A DNA stretch of 64,000 nucleotides from Eledone cirrhosa. Its lineage: Eukaryota. Below the pieces are notes generated by a model. It had not been told where the DNA came from. It made no database searches and saw only the letters and a program-made list of their open reading frames with translations. Both the position numbers and the translations under genes were made by a program. Each line of letters begins with the position of its first letter. Positions within the stretch are counted from its first letter, which is position 1. The DNA lies in NCBI GenBank assembly GCA_964016885.1, contig OZ024743.1, positions 181,784,001-181,848,000 on the forward strand. The letters run 5' to 3'. Below are positions 17,395 through 29,923 of the stretch, piece after piece.

Positions 17395-17400
<6 letters not shown>
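16250..17400 (-). mobile_element. Penelope-like element PLE-1, 5'-truncated (linker plus GIY-YIG endonuclease)
   Basis: Manual translation 17395 to 16776: FLKIPHLSE..CLRTYVVY*VECDKCNHYYIGSTIRPL..IKEALWIKRLTPQINNR; (TA)n at the 5' end; not in the ORF track. Confidence 0.85.
16425..16459 (-). ncRNA. Minimal hammerhead motif of PLE-1 (degenerate core)
   Basis: CCC CTAGTTGAT GGAT-GCGA-ATCC GAAA TA TA GGG; stems I and II and a palindromic stem III are present; CUGANGA is mutated. Confidence 0.6.
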
Positions 17401-17433
<33 letters not shown>

Positions 17434-18809
17434 GGGTAAGAGTGACCATGGGATTTGTGCCTCGAAAGTTCCCCCTCTGGGGTACAAGTCCGGGAAAGGT
17501 TGTTTATGGAAGTCTCCCCTCTCCGAGAATCGAACTCACAACCTCATGATTGCGCCTTCACACTGAATATATACACACAACCCTGCATTAGAGCAATCAT
17601 TAATTGATGTCCATTCAATTTATAATTATAGAATGTGATCGTCTAAAGATTGCCAATCCCATGATTTGCTTAAAAGGTGATGTAGTTTGGGTGTGTTCGG
17701 TTCTTATATTTTCACGTAATCGGAAATCCTGTGAAATTACGTGTACACCTTACCTGTCGAACTTGTAACCATGAGCTCTTTGATCTATGGTGTGGCCGAA
17801 TGGTTAAGAACTTCGTTTTGAAATCATTAAGTCTCTTTATGGTATCTTGGACAGGTATAAATTTCCATAGCATAACCTCGGGTTGACCAATGTCTTGTAA
17901 ATAAAACTGGGTAGACAGAAGCAGTTTAGAAGCCCGTTAGATGAAGGGATGGATTTAAACTATGAGGAGCCCCGGGCACTTCAGGTTTGGTGGGTACTCG
18001 TGTCTGTGAAATTGGGTAGAGGGGAAACTATTTAGAAGCCGGTTGGACGGACTATACAACTGTACAACAACAGTTCGAAATATTTCAGTCTGTTGGTGAA
18101 AACACGTGGCCTAGTGATAAGGGTGTTGGACTTACGATCATAATGTCGTGGGTTCGATTCCTGGATTTGGTTGTGCGTTGTGTTCTTGAACAAAACACTT
18201 CAATTCACATTGCTCCAATATACTCAACTGAGAATGAGTACCACCATTAATACAAGAGGTTTAACCCGGCGAATGACTCGTGTCCTTTCCAGGGAAGAGT
18301 CTTGTACTCTGAGTCGCTTCATGCCTCGAAAGCTGGGATAAGCACTGGTTTGGTGGTGGTGTTGGTGGTATTAGTTGTGGCAGTGCTGTGATTGTGATAT
18401 TGGTGCTGCTAGTGAGGCTGGTGGTGTCGGTGGCGCTGGTGGTTCATGAGGGCTGGTGAAACACACTAGCGGCGATGAAAGGTAAAGAGACGAGTGTTTC
18501 AAGTGAGCTTTGGTGAAGGTTGTATGCAACTGGCTAAATCCGAGGAACAAAAGCCATTATTTTAGTAGATTGGCATAATCGGTAGAGCGTCGGATAACAT
18601 GCTTTGTAGCATATAGTTACGGGTCTTTACGTTCTGAGTTCAAAACCCGCCGAGGTTAGCTTTGCCTTTACCAATGTACAAAAACAATAACAACAAAGAC
18701 CACATCCTTGGAGCAGTCCCAAAATAGATAGATAGATAGATAGATAAATATATTGACAGACAAATACATACATACATACATACATACATACATACATACA
18801 TACATACAT

Positions 18810-19420
18810 GGTGGCTGCCAACTCGTTTTCGAGTACGGCCACTACTTTATATCCATGTAGGAGAACCCCTACCGATGCGCTGAACGTGTGTGACTTTTTA
18901 GTCCAGCCCGCGACTTGAAAACTCTGGTACAAACACTACACTTGTGACAATCATTGACGCATAGTGCTGGGGCCATGGTACCCTGTGACGACAAGTGCAG
19001 AGAGATCTCCAGATATAAAATAATGCCTGTGCCGTGAAGCTTTTATAGTGAGCAAAGGCACTGCACAAAGCCAGTCCCACTCTCTTAACCAAGATGATAT
19101 TTACCAAAAAGAAGAACAAGTCAACATCATTGGATACCATCAGGGTTGCAGGTGTTATATCAGAGTTTTCCTTCTCCTAGAATTCTGCCTTGACAAAGGC
19201 TAAGGGGTCATCTCTCCCGGTGATTTTGGATGGCCATTGACTCTTAAGAGCTCCTTTTCCCTTTGACAGGTTTTGTTTTTAGTCCTGCAGGATATCCAAA
19301 GTCACCCTCCTCACCAAGAAACCTTGGTGGGGTTGCCAGTTTAGTCGCCAACGATCCAACCATGAGACAGGTTGTACTGGGATCCATGTTACCAGTAGCA
19401 CCAACTGGTGACCTGACATA
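18810..19420 (-). mobile_element. Non-autonomous RTE-related repeat between (ACAT)n tracts
   Basis: Shares TGGCTGCC..CTCGTT.TCGAGTA and CCTTCTCCTAGAA..GACAAAGGCTA.GGG blocks with 21171-21665. Confidence 0.55.
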
Positions 19421-19451
<31 letters not shown>

Positions 19452-19654
19452 CATACATACATACATACATACATACATACATACATACTCCTGTGTGCAT
19501 GTATATGCGGTCATACATGTGTGTGTGTGTGTGTGTGTGTGTGGTGATTATTCTTCACATTTCAAAAGGACGCCATAAATAATACAGCTTGGACTGCGGG
19601 AAATAATTAAGCTTTTAATAAATGGAAGACGTCACTTCTGTTACACTGCAATTG

Positions 19655-19656
<2 letters not shown>

Positions 19657-19720
<64 letters not shown>

Positions 19721-19906
19721 AGAGAGTGTGTGTGTGTATATATATATGCGCGTGTGTGTGTCTGTGTGTGTGTGTGTGTGTGTATGTGTGTGTGTGTGTG
19801 TCTGTGTGTGTGTCTGTGTGTGTGTGTATGTGTGTGTGTGTCTGTGTGTGTGTGTGTGTGTCTGTGTGTGTCTGTGTGTGTGTATGTGTGTGTGTGTATG
19901 TGTGTG

Positions 19907-19941
<35 letters not shown>

Positions 19942-20009
19942 CTGTGTGTATGTGTGTGTGTGTGTCTGTGTGTGTGTGTCTGTGTGTATGTGTGTGTGTA
20001 TGTGTATGT

Positions 20010-20054
<45 letters not shown>

Positions 20055-20251
20055 TGTGTCTGTGTGTGTGTGTGTGTCTGTGTGTGTGTGTATGTGTGTA
20101 TGTGTGTGTGTGTATGTGTGTGTGTCTGTGTGTGTGTATGTATGTGTGTGTGTGTGTGTCTGTGTGTGTGTGTCTCTGTGTGTGTGTGTGTGTGTGTGTG
20201 TGTCTGTGTGTGTGTATGTATGTGTGTGTGTCTGTGTCTGTGTGTGTGTGT

Positions 20252-20344
<93 letters not shown>

Positions 20345-20365
20345 TGTGTGTGTGTGTGTGTGTAT
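19657..20365. repeat. (CT)n followed by degenerate (GT)n
   Basis: Direct reading. Confidence 0.95.
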
Positions 20366-20759
20366 TATGAGGCCTGTCGGAAGGTTGACAGTGAACAGGA
20401 GATAGTGGTATGGCACTAGACGTAAAATTGAGGAAAGAGGAACAACAAAACCCAACTCTCCGGAGGCGAAGGGAAGGAAGTTATAAACTATAGAAAAGTC
20501 AAAGGGAAATAGATTGCAATAAGAGAGATATAATTAGTATTACTGGTATTTCTCACATTGGAGACGACCTTACTTTTTTTATCCTTCCGGGGTTTGATGA
20601 AATAATTACCAGTCAAATACTAAGGTCGATTTCATTGTCTCTAATTCACCATACCCTACCTCAAACCTAGTAGAAATCGCTGCTGTTGTTGTTATTGCTG
20701 TTGCTCTTGCTGTTATTGCTGTTTTTGTTGCATTAGAAACCACTGTTATTATTATTGCT

Positions 20760-21375
20760 TATGGTGCAATGGCAGTATCAGTAGAGCGTCAGAAATATGA
20801 GTTACGGCCCATTACGTTCTGAGTTCAAATCCCTCCGAGGTTAGCTTTGCCTTTCATCCTTAAAAGGTCGATAAAATAAAGTACTAGTCACGCACTGTTG
20901 TCAATTTAATCGTCTTTCCCCTCCTCAAAAATTGCTGGCCTTGTGCCTTAGTAGAAACCATTATTAGCGGTGGTGGATTGGCAGTATCGGTAGAGCGTCG
21001 AACAACATGGTTTGCAGCATACAGTTACGGCCCGTTACGGTCTGAGTTCAAATCCCATCGCGAGGTTAGCTTTGCCTTTCTTCTTCAGGGGTTCGATAAA
21101 ATAAAGTACAATCATATAATCATACATACATACATACATACATACATACATACATACATACATACATACATAATGGCTGCCCCCTCGTTATCGAGTATAG
21201 CCATTGCACGGTATTCCATTATTAATAATTATTAATTAATAGTTACGTCCCTTTACGGTCTGAGTTCAAATCCCGCCGAGGTTGACTTTGCCTTTCATCC
21301 TTACGGGGTCGATAAAATAAAGTACCAGTAATGCACTGGGTAATTGCTGGCCTTGTTCCTAAAGTAGAAACAATT
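20760..21375 (+). mobile_element. Cluster of SINE-A copies (20760-20965, 20967-21110, 21240-21375)
   Basis: Family A core matches. Confidence 0.8.
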
Positions 21376-21688
21376 AATTAATTCTATCGTGCAATGCCTG
21401 TGCATGAAGATATTTTTTAAAGTGAGGAAAGACTGTGCACTGAGCCAATCCCACTCTCTGAGGGACAGTAGCTATAACCCGAGAAGAAGAAAAGATCATC
21501 ATCATCGGTAACTACTGAGCCGCAGGTTTTATAGCGGAGTTATCCCAGTTTCCTGAGTTGCCTTCTCCTAGAAGAATTCCCTGACAAAGGCTAGGGGTCC
21601 TTCACTCCCAGTGGTTTAACCGCGCGATCGGGTGTCCAGCCCGACTATTACTATGTCCCCGCGCATAATATATATATATATATAATAG

Positions 21689-21729
<41 letters not shown>

Positions 21730-21809
21730 GTGGTGGTGATAGGCACATACATACACACACATACCCATACATGCCCCATCTCTCCCTATATATATTTATA
21801 TATATATAT

Positions 21810-22012
21810 ACATATATCCATATAAAGTTAACGGCCAAGCGAAAAAGAGTACTCAATACTGAAGTAGAGTTTAAATATTCAATTTATTAAGGCTAAATAG
21901 AGAGTCCCGCCACTCTGGAGCTTCATCTGCTTCTCAGTTATCACTTGTCTGATCCTGTGAAAAACAGGTGAAACTCCAGAGTAACACGACTCCAGCCCTA
22001 ATAAAATTAATA

Positions 22013-22015
<3 letters not shown>
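21810..22015. mobile_element. Imperfect fold-back element with a decayed HHR-like core (family G)
   Basis: CTGAT-CCTGT-GAAAA-ACAGG-T-GAA-ACTCCAGAGT-A at 21949-21983; related to 50283-50335 (-); flanked by (TA)n. Confidence 0.5.
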
Positions 22016-22057
<42 letters not shown>

Positions 22058-22064
<7 letters not shown>

Positions 22065-22270
22065 TAACAGATTAAAGTTTAAGCAAAGAATCTGCGTTTA
22101 CAGATTGACTTTGTTAGTTTCAGAAGATCCCGTTAAGGGTGAAAGCAGCGATTCTTTGCTTAAACTTTAATCTGTTATTTTAATAAATATTTGCTCTACG
22201 GTTCTTATATATTTGATATATACTTTCCTTATCGAGCCCTCTATGGATTTTAGTCTTCAATGTTATTATT
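22058..22270 (+). mobile_element. Fold-back element family F copy 1
   Basis: ~34-bp inverted arms AAAATAACAGATTAAAGTTTAAGCAAAGAATC; second copy at 56690-56902. Confidence 0.7.
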
Positions 22271-22275
22271 ATTAC

Positions 22276-22339
<64 letters not shown>

Positions 22340-22599
22340 CATACATATATACAAGTTTCCCACATATTCGTGCCGAAAATAAGGTCAATTGTTTGACCTA
22401 TAATGACCAGAGGAATCTATAAAGGAATGATCAATCCTGCTGACCTTTGCCTCAAAATCTAGTATCAACTGACTTCTCAATTGACGGTAACTGAGTTGAT
22501 AGACGTAATTGTCTAACTTGGAGAAACATGTGTTAAATTAGTAATGAAAAGCAAGGCGATCGTAATTCACTATTATAGAATGGATCTTCATCGATTTCG

Positions 22600-22832
22600 A
22601 CGATCAGTATTCTAATACCAACCGCTGGCAGCAGATCCAGATGTCGACCCAGAGTAAAATGGTTGGATAACATCCATGAGCTTGGCTGATCTCGTTTGGG
22701 AATCCAGCCAGTTGAATTGGAGATGGTTGACAGGACCCACTGGGAGGAGTATTTGAGGATTCTGACCCCCATGACCCTCTCAGGAATAAGTAGGCGAAAA
22801 AGAAGAAGAAGAAGAAGAAGAAGAAGAAGAAG
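22600..22832 (+). pseudogene. 3' end of an RTE (Expander/Rex3-like) LINE with a (GAA)n tail
   Basis: Translation GSRSRCRPRVKWLDNIHELG*SRLGIQPVEL..DRTHW. Confidence 0.65.
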
Positions 22833-23089
22833 GTGATGGTCGTGGGGTGGGGGTGGGGGTAATGGTAGTGGTGGTAGTAGTGGTGGTGGTGCTAGTAATA
22901 GTAGTGGTATTAGGTGTAGCTAGCTATGTGGACATACAACAATACCAATCAATGAGTAAGAGTTACTCCTTCACAACTTTTACACTCTTTCTGCCATTAT
23001 TAACGCTCTTGTACCAGTAATGCACTGGGTAATTGCTGGCCTTGTGCCTAAAGTAGAAACAATTATTAACGCTCTTGTCATTCCATTCT

Positions 23090-23316
23090 GTCTCTCTCTC
23101 TCTCTCTCTCTTCCTTCCTTCCACTTGGTCTTACTCATTCTTCCCCTCTGTCTCTCTCTTTTTCTCTCTCTCTCTTCCTTCCACTTGGTCTTACTCATTC
23201 TTCCCCTCTGTCTCTCTCTTTTTCTCTCTCTCTCTTCCTTCCAATTGGTCTTACTTATTCTTCCTCTCTCTCTCTCTCTCTCTCTCTCTCCCTTTATCTC
23301 CCCTTCTCTCTCTCTC

Positions 23317-23357
<41 letters not shown>

Positions 23358-23424
23358 CCTCTCTCTCCCTCTCCCTCTCTCTACTCTCCTTCTCTATCCC
23401 TCTTTCTCCCCCTCCCTCTCTACC

Positions 23425-23455
<31 letters not shown>

Positions 23456-23570
23456 CCCTCTCTCCCTCTCTCTCTCCCTCTCTCTCTCCATCTCCCTCTT
23501 TCTCCCCCTCTCTCTCTCCTCTCCCTCTTTCTTCTTCTTCCTTCAACTCACTCTGTCCCTCTCTCTCCCG
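23090..23570. repeat. Polypyrimidine (CT)-rich tract with three 60-bp units at 23100-23280
   Basis: Direct reading. Confidence 0.9.
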
Positions 23571-23792
23571 CCGTCCATTCGCCCGTATATATAATGATAT
23601 ACGGCATGTTTATGAATAAACATTTGGAAAACCTTCTAGCTATGAATATTGAAAAACATATGTATACAGCTATTGTGAGTCTACTTTCAAGCTAAGCCGG
23701 CTTATACAGCTCCATAGGCAAATGAAGGTAATCAGCCCATCTACATAGGCGAAAAACCTATATATTTTCGTCTGTTCTTATTCTAGTAGAGC

Positions 23793-23980
23793 AGGGCAGG
23801 CTGAAAACTTCATAGGCTGACTAATGAAGGAGGGATATGCTAGGCTGTGAAATCTTCTTGCATGCATTAATTTCTTATTAATAACTGCATTGTTTCTTTC
23901 CAGGGACTATGTTGAAAAATAAACCTCATTTGGTCATTCAATGAGAGTATCCTGGTCAGCCTATGAACTTTTCAAACGTA
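23793..23980. mobile_element. Mariner-type MITE
   Basis: TIRs TGAAAACTTCATAGGCTGAC and GTCAGCCTATGAACTTTTCA. Confidence 0.65.
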
Positions 23981-24280
23981 TCAATATATATATATATATA
24001 TATATATATAAGCAAAGAGATATTTATTTATTTTCTTTCACTATGCAAAACGGAATCTGAACCGATATGGTCTGGTTCATCGGGTATGTCACTATTTATA
24101 AAACAAATTTTGTATTTTATCTGATGAGAGCATACCAAATCTTTTTGGTACCCTTGAAATATATATAATAGAATAAATATGGTTTTATAAATACAGTTTC
24201 CATTTATTAATATCATTGGTATATATATAAAAAAATTATAATTTTATTTCTCGCTCTAGCACACAGTTGATAATATGCAT

Positions 24281-24344
<64 letters not shown>

Positions 24345-24899
24345 TATGAAACCAACACACTGCATAGTCGTCAAACACATCGAATCATTTGGAATGGAAA
24401 ATTTCCGAATAAATTGTTGTAAAAACCCATTTTGCATACTTATTCTTCAGTGTATGTGTATATATATATATAAATATACATATTTATTCATTTATTTATT
24501 TGTATATATATATATGTATGTGTGTGTGTGTTTGCAAATGCATACAGATATATATGTGCATTGAAGCTGAACATAGAGATCCGTTTGATGCGAATTATAT
24601 TTTTGTTTTCTTTTAGCTATAAAATATATTGGAAATCCGAGATGTGATAAGAATTTCTTGACAGATGTTAGAAATCGGATTTTATTCATTAGAAATCGAA
24701 AATAATTTTATTCGTGTAAATTCAAGATAGACTATGAAATTAGTTCCAGATGTTAGAAACACAATCGCAGTCAATATTTCAACGAAAATATTTTTTATAA
24801 GACATTTACATGTACTAATTTAAATCGGGAATTCGTTCGTTTCAACTTTTCCTTAGCTCTCATACCAGATGCCTAGACTGGTGGGCTCAGAGCCCAGGA

Positions 24900-27800
24900 G
24901 GCTTGATAGTCCCAGATTTTCCTAGACTCTGACACTGGATGCATAGATGGCGAGTGAGGCTCTCTGGTCAGTTATCTTTTGGCTCTCATACAGGACAGCT
25001 AGAGCTTCCAAAGCGAGCGGGCTTCTACATTCTTCTAGTTGGCAAAACGAGAAGCAAAATTATTCAGGAAGCAAAGTCTCACTCTTTGGAAACCCTAAAG
25101 AGTGAGGAGATAGTCTTGGTGCCCTCCTACTGCGGGCAGAAAATTGTGAGGGTCAAAGTGATCCAGGTCCCACTCGACGTGCCCATACCTTGGCTAGCCG
25201 CGTCTGTCCTTGCTGGAATCGAGAACAGGACGACCATGCTGCAAGTAGAAAAGATAGGGAGAGAGAACTGGTCAGGTATAGGCATGCAAATGCTTATACA
25301 AACTGACCAGGAATGTATCGACGCTATCCCCGATATCATAGACATCGAGGAAGGACTCCAACTCCCTATAAGCGTAGAAGGAAGACGGCCAAAATGTTAC
25401 CTCTGTGGGTCACCTCGGGGCCTTTTGCCCGCAGAAGGCAGCGAAGAAGAAGGCCCCTCTCCTTCCAATACCTGGTCCGCTGCTACCAAGAGCAGGGCAG
25501 GCAACAAAGGCGGAAGCCCCTTCCACGGTGAGTAGGAGGGCAACGTCCGTGGCACCCGTATCAAGGCCACGGACAACTAAAGCAGCAGCATCAGTGGCGG
25601 CAACACCAATAGCTACATTTGAAGTAGCTACACCAGCAACAAAATTGCCGAAGAGGGCTCCACTACCACCACCAACAGCCGTGGAGCACATACCCCTCCC
25701 AGACGCCACGGAATCCGACATGGAGTTTGAGGCGGGAGTGAAGTGGCAAACGGTCTGCCACAAAAAAACAAAAAACAAAAAAGCCCTTAGATTCACCCTC
25801 CAAAAGCGAAAGCACAGAAAGAGGGGTAAAGGCAGCAAGGAAACTTGCAGCAACACGACCACCATCACCACCAGAAGCACCACCGCCAACAACAACCACC
25901 CCACCACCAGCATCACCAAAAACACCAACAACGCAAACAAAACAAAACACACACACCAAACAGCAACAAGAAGAAAACAGCAACAAAATCACCCCTCCCC
26001 CCAAAAAGTACACAGCCATAAACATGGCAAAAAAAGAACTCATACAATATATAAAGCAGCACACAGACATCACAGAAAAAAACTACTACACCCCACCAAC
26101 ACCAAGAACTCTCCCGACAAACATAAGCATCATCGAAATCTCAATAGAACAGTACAAATCTTTAAAACAAAAATTCCCCAACACAGTTGGAGACTTCAGA
26201 GGGTCGGTTACCAAGAGGATATACACTGACATCCTCTTGGAAACACCCATGACCAGCGAAAGGGACGGTTCTACTGTCCCTTCACCACACGAACAAGCTA
26301 AGTTACCCTTTCTCACTTGCTCCGTTTCTCATCCAACATGGCCGTACTCAGAATAGGCAGTATAGATGCACGTGGCCTGGAGTCATCTTGGAAGCAGGGT
26401 CACCTGCTCAACGACCTCAGGTCACTAAACATAGATGTGGTGGCCATCAGTGAAACCAGAATCTCCGAAGCACAAGCCTTCGCACCGATCTTCGGCGGCT
26501 ACGATGTATACTCATCTCCCAGCCGTCCATCTCGTTGCCGTCCTTTTTCGGAGAGGCTTGGATCTCGCGATACGGGCCATCTTCCTAGACCCAGAAGGTA
26601 AGTCGGTGGTGCTGGACGAGACCGGCAGCGAAGGCAATGCTTTCAGGCTAGTAGCCGTCTACGCCCCAACAGAGGCAGGACGGCCAGATTTCTTCAGACG
26701 TCTAGAGACCTTTCTTGGAACGTCCCGCTCTTTAGTGTTAGTGGGCGGCTGGAACGGTATCTTGGATGCACGCTGGAATCGTGTGGGGCTAGTGGATAGG
26801 GGAGGAGGGTGCAAGAGCCTCACCAACCTGCTCAGATGTTTTGAATTGTCTGACAGGTATCGACTGGATCACCCGAATGTGCCAATGTCGACATGGACAA
26901 ACCGCATCTGGTCATCCAGATCGTATCTCGATAGGGTATTCTGCAGAGAACTAGATAAGGCTAGTATAAGTTGTCCACAATTTAAAATAGTCGACTACAC
27001 AGACCACAAATTTGTGATCTGTGAGATCGACATAGACAGCCTTCATAGACAAGGGCCCGGTTACTGGAAGCTGAACGCGTCTTTCCGGCGCACAAAGCCT
27101 ACAGAGACCGGATTAGCGTATTAGTTAAGCGGGCGTTGACAGGAGCGGTCGTCAATAACAGGTGGTGGTTCGCCCTGAAAAGGGCAATTAAAGTAGAGTC
27201 GATTAGGTTTAGCAAAGGACTAGTGATAGAGGAAAATAGAGTAGAGGGAGAGCTAGTCAGAAAGCTAGAAGAGGCGTTTAGGATAGGCATCGCAACTGAC
27301 GTGCTTGCAGCGAGATTGGCACTTGACCAATTCTTCAACGCAAAACACGAAGGCTGCGTTGTCAGAGCTAGAGCGCGTGCTCTGAAACACGAGGGGACAA
27401 AAGCCGTCCAATAGGCCCGGGTGGCAGAGGCGCAACGTGGCAACAAAGCCACAATTCGGTCTTTGTCTGACCAAAACGGGTGCGTGTTGCTCGAACCCGA
27501 GCAGATGTGTGAAGCTTTCCAGCAGCACTTTGCTGAACTCTTTGGAAGCAGCGGCGGCCCGGATCGGGGCATGGACTTCAGTGCATACCTCGACGGACTG
27601 CCGCGGCTCTCGACGACCACAGCACAGTGTTGCGAAAAGCAAATAACAGCCGGTGAAATACGGGAAGCGATGGCTAACTGCACGAGGGGTAAATCGCCAG
27701 GTTTGGATGGTCTGCCCTACGAGTTTTATGCATTTATGCCAGACTTGTTCGGTGACCTCTTGGCAGACGTCTACTGCAACTGGCAGCAGAACGGGAGAAT

Positions 27801-29892
27801 TCCCAGTTTTGTGAGCCGGGGAGCAGTGGCGCTGCTGAGAAAAGACCCGAACAAGGGGGATGTTATCGATAATTTCAGGCCCATAATCCTGCTAAACGCA
27901 GAGTTCAAGATTTTGGTCAAGGTGTTAGCAACGAGGTTGGCGCTGGTGTGATAGGTCCAGACATGCGCCATTCCGAACAGATCCATGCACCTCCACCTCA
28001 TGTGATATATCATAGAGAGGGTGGTTAAGGAACCTGGCAAGGGTGGGGCCCTGATCAACTTGGATCAATCCAAAGCATTCGATAGGGTCGACCATCGGTA
28101 CCTGGCGGCGGTCCTCGAGGCAGCCGGTTTCGGGCCCGTTTTCAGGGGTTGGATCGCAGCAATGTACAGCGACATCTGCTCAGTTGTGAGGGTGAACGGT
28201 CACCTGTCGCAGCCGTTCAGCATCATGCGCTCAGTCCGCCAGGGTTGTCCCCTCTCGTCCCTCCTGTACGTATTGGCTCTCGAGCGGTTACTGCACAAAC
28301 TGGGGGGAAATGAGGGGCGTCCCACGCGAACTAGGATGCGGGAAATCCGAGCCGGCACCGCTCTCAAGGAATACGAAGCGGTGACTGGAGCAAAGATAAA
28401 CCAGGAAAAGTCGGTGGGCTTGCAGCTCGGCACCTGGAGAGGCAAGTCCATGCCGTCCGACAGCGTCGTGGGGCGTTGGACGGACGGACCGGTTAAATTG
28501 CTCGGGGTCTGGTTCGGACCGGACCTCCAGATGGAGAAAAACTGGAACGAGGTGACAAGGCCGGGCGGAGGTGGCGAATGCGTACATCGCATCCGTCATC
28601 TGCTACCGCCTCACCGTCGTCCCTTGCTCCAGCCCAACTCTCACCCAAATGGAGCGCCTTCTCTTCCGCTTTTTGTGGAAGGGGCGCGCTCCCATGGTCA
28701 GACGATCCATCTGCTGTCAACACCCATTGCGTGGAGGACTGGGCATGCCATGGCTGATGATGCGCAAACATGTGCTGAGGCTGCGACATCTCTGGTGCTT
28801 CCTTGATGGTGAACAGGTGTGGTCGCCGTTCGACAGGCACGTTTTCCCACAGCTCGTCTCCTTGACGGAGCTGCAGTCCTGGGTCAGAAAAAGACCGAGG
28901 GATAGCGCTTGGAAACTGGAATGTCTCCAGGTGCTCACCAGTATCGGTGGAACATCCACCTCGGCGTTCTATAGAGGACTAGTGGAGGGGAAGAGCGACG
29001 ACATTCTCGGAGAGATCCTGGGCGTCGAAGAAGATCAGCTATTTTCTCTCTTCCGGAGAACTTTCAGCCCGGGGCCTATGGATAACTTCCAAAAATCCCT
29101 GGCCTGGCAGTGCTACCGGGGAGCGCTGCCGGTTCGAGATAAGCTCTACAGGCACGGAAGTGCCGTCAGCCGAGCCTGTCCGAGATGCGCGCAGAGCGAC
29201 GAAACCGTCATGCACGCACTCGTTCAGTGCCCGAGCATTGCTGACTTGTGGAGCTATGTCGAACAGTTGCTGTCGCGTGTGGGACTGATCCGGTTGTCGA
29301 CTGAGTCCATTGTGCAGATGGTCTCGCCGTTTTCCTTCGAGGAGAAAGGGCAGGCGGTTTTCATCTACCTGTTGGCCATGGCGAAAGAGATTGTGTGGTG
29401 GACAAGGTTAAAGACAGACACTTTCCTCTTCGGCGAATCCCTAATTAACTTTTTCAAGTTTAACTTGCAGAGGAAAATTAGGGTGGAGAGGCAAGTACTG
29501 CTTTCTAGCAAGTTTGTTGAAAGGTGGGTGAATGTAGCGAGAATGGTCCGAGTGAACGGGACCGCTCTGAATATACGTCTGTAGTTTGAGAGATGGAAAA
29601 ATTGAGAGAGGGCGCTTGCCCTGGTGGTCAGGGTGGCCGTGGTCTTTTGTGTGGTTTTCGCCACGAGTAACCCTCGGAGGTTTCCCCGCTATTGGGGAAT
29701 TTTTCATTGTTGCAATTTTCATTTTTATTGTTTATATATATATATATATGTTTCTATGTCCTTTTTTTTTTCTTTTCTTATATGAATAATAAAAATATTT
29801 ACACGCACAAAACCCACATCGTACCGTCCTGTACCGTCCTGTGCCGTCTGTAATGTTTTTCTTGGTGTCAGCCCTTGTGGCTAATAAAGAAA

Positions 29893-29895
<3 letters not shown>
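24900..29895 (+). mobile_element. Tx1-clade LINE copy A (decayed)
   Basis: ORF1 with frameshifted knuckle CYLCG..HLGAFC; ORF2 from ATG 26338 to 29584 with APE (GSIDARGL, YAP, SYLDR, TDH), RT (LDQSKAFDRVDH, VRQGCPLS) and CCHC (CPRC..ETVMHALVQC); AATAAA then (ATT)n. Confidence 0.92.

Positions 29896-29921
<26 letters not shown>

Positions 29922-29923
<2 letters not shown>

Noticed and set aside
19260-19420. HDV-like ribozyme at the 5' end of the RTE-related repeat (CCAGT..CTAA ACTGG on minus)
   Set aside because: P1/P3/L3 could not be fitted by eye; needs a descriptor search
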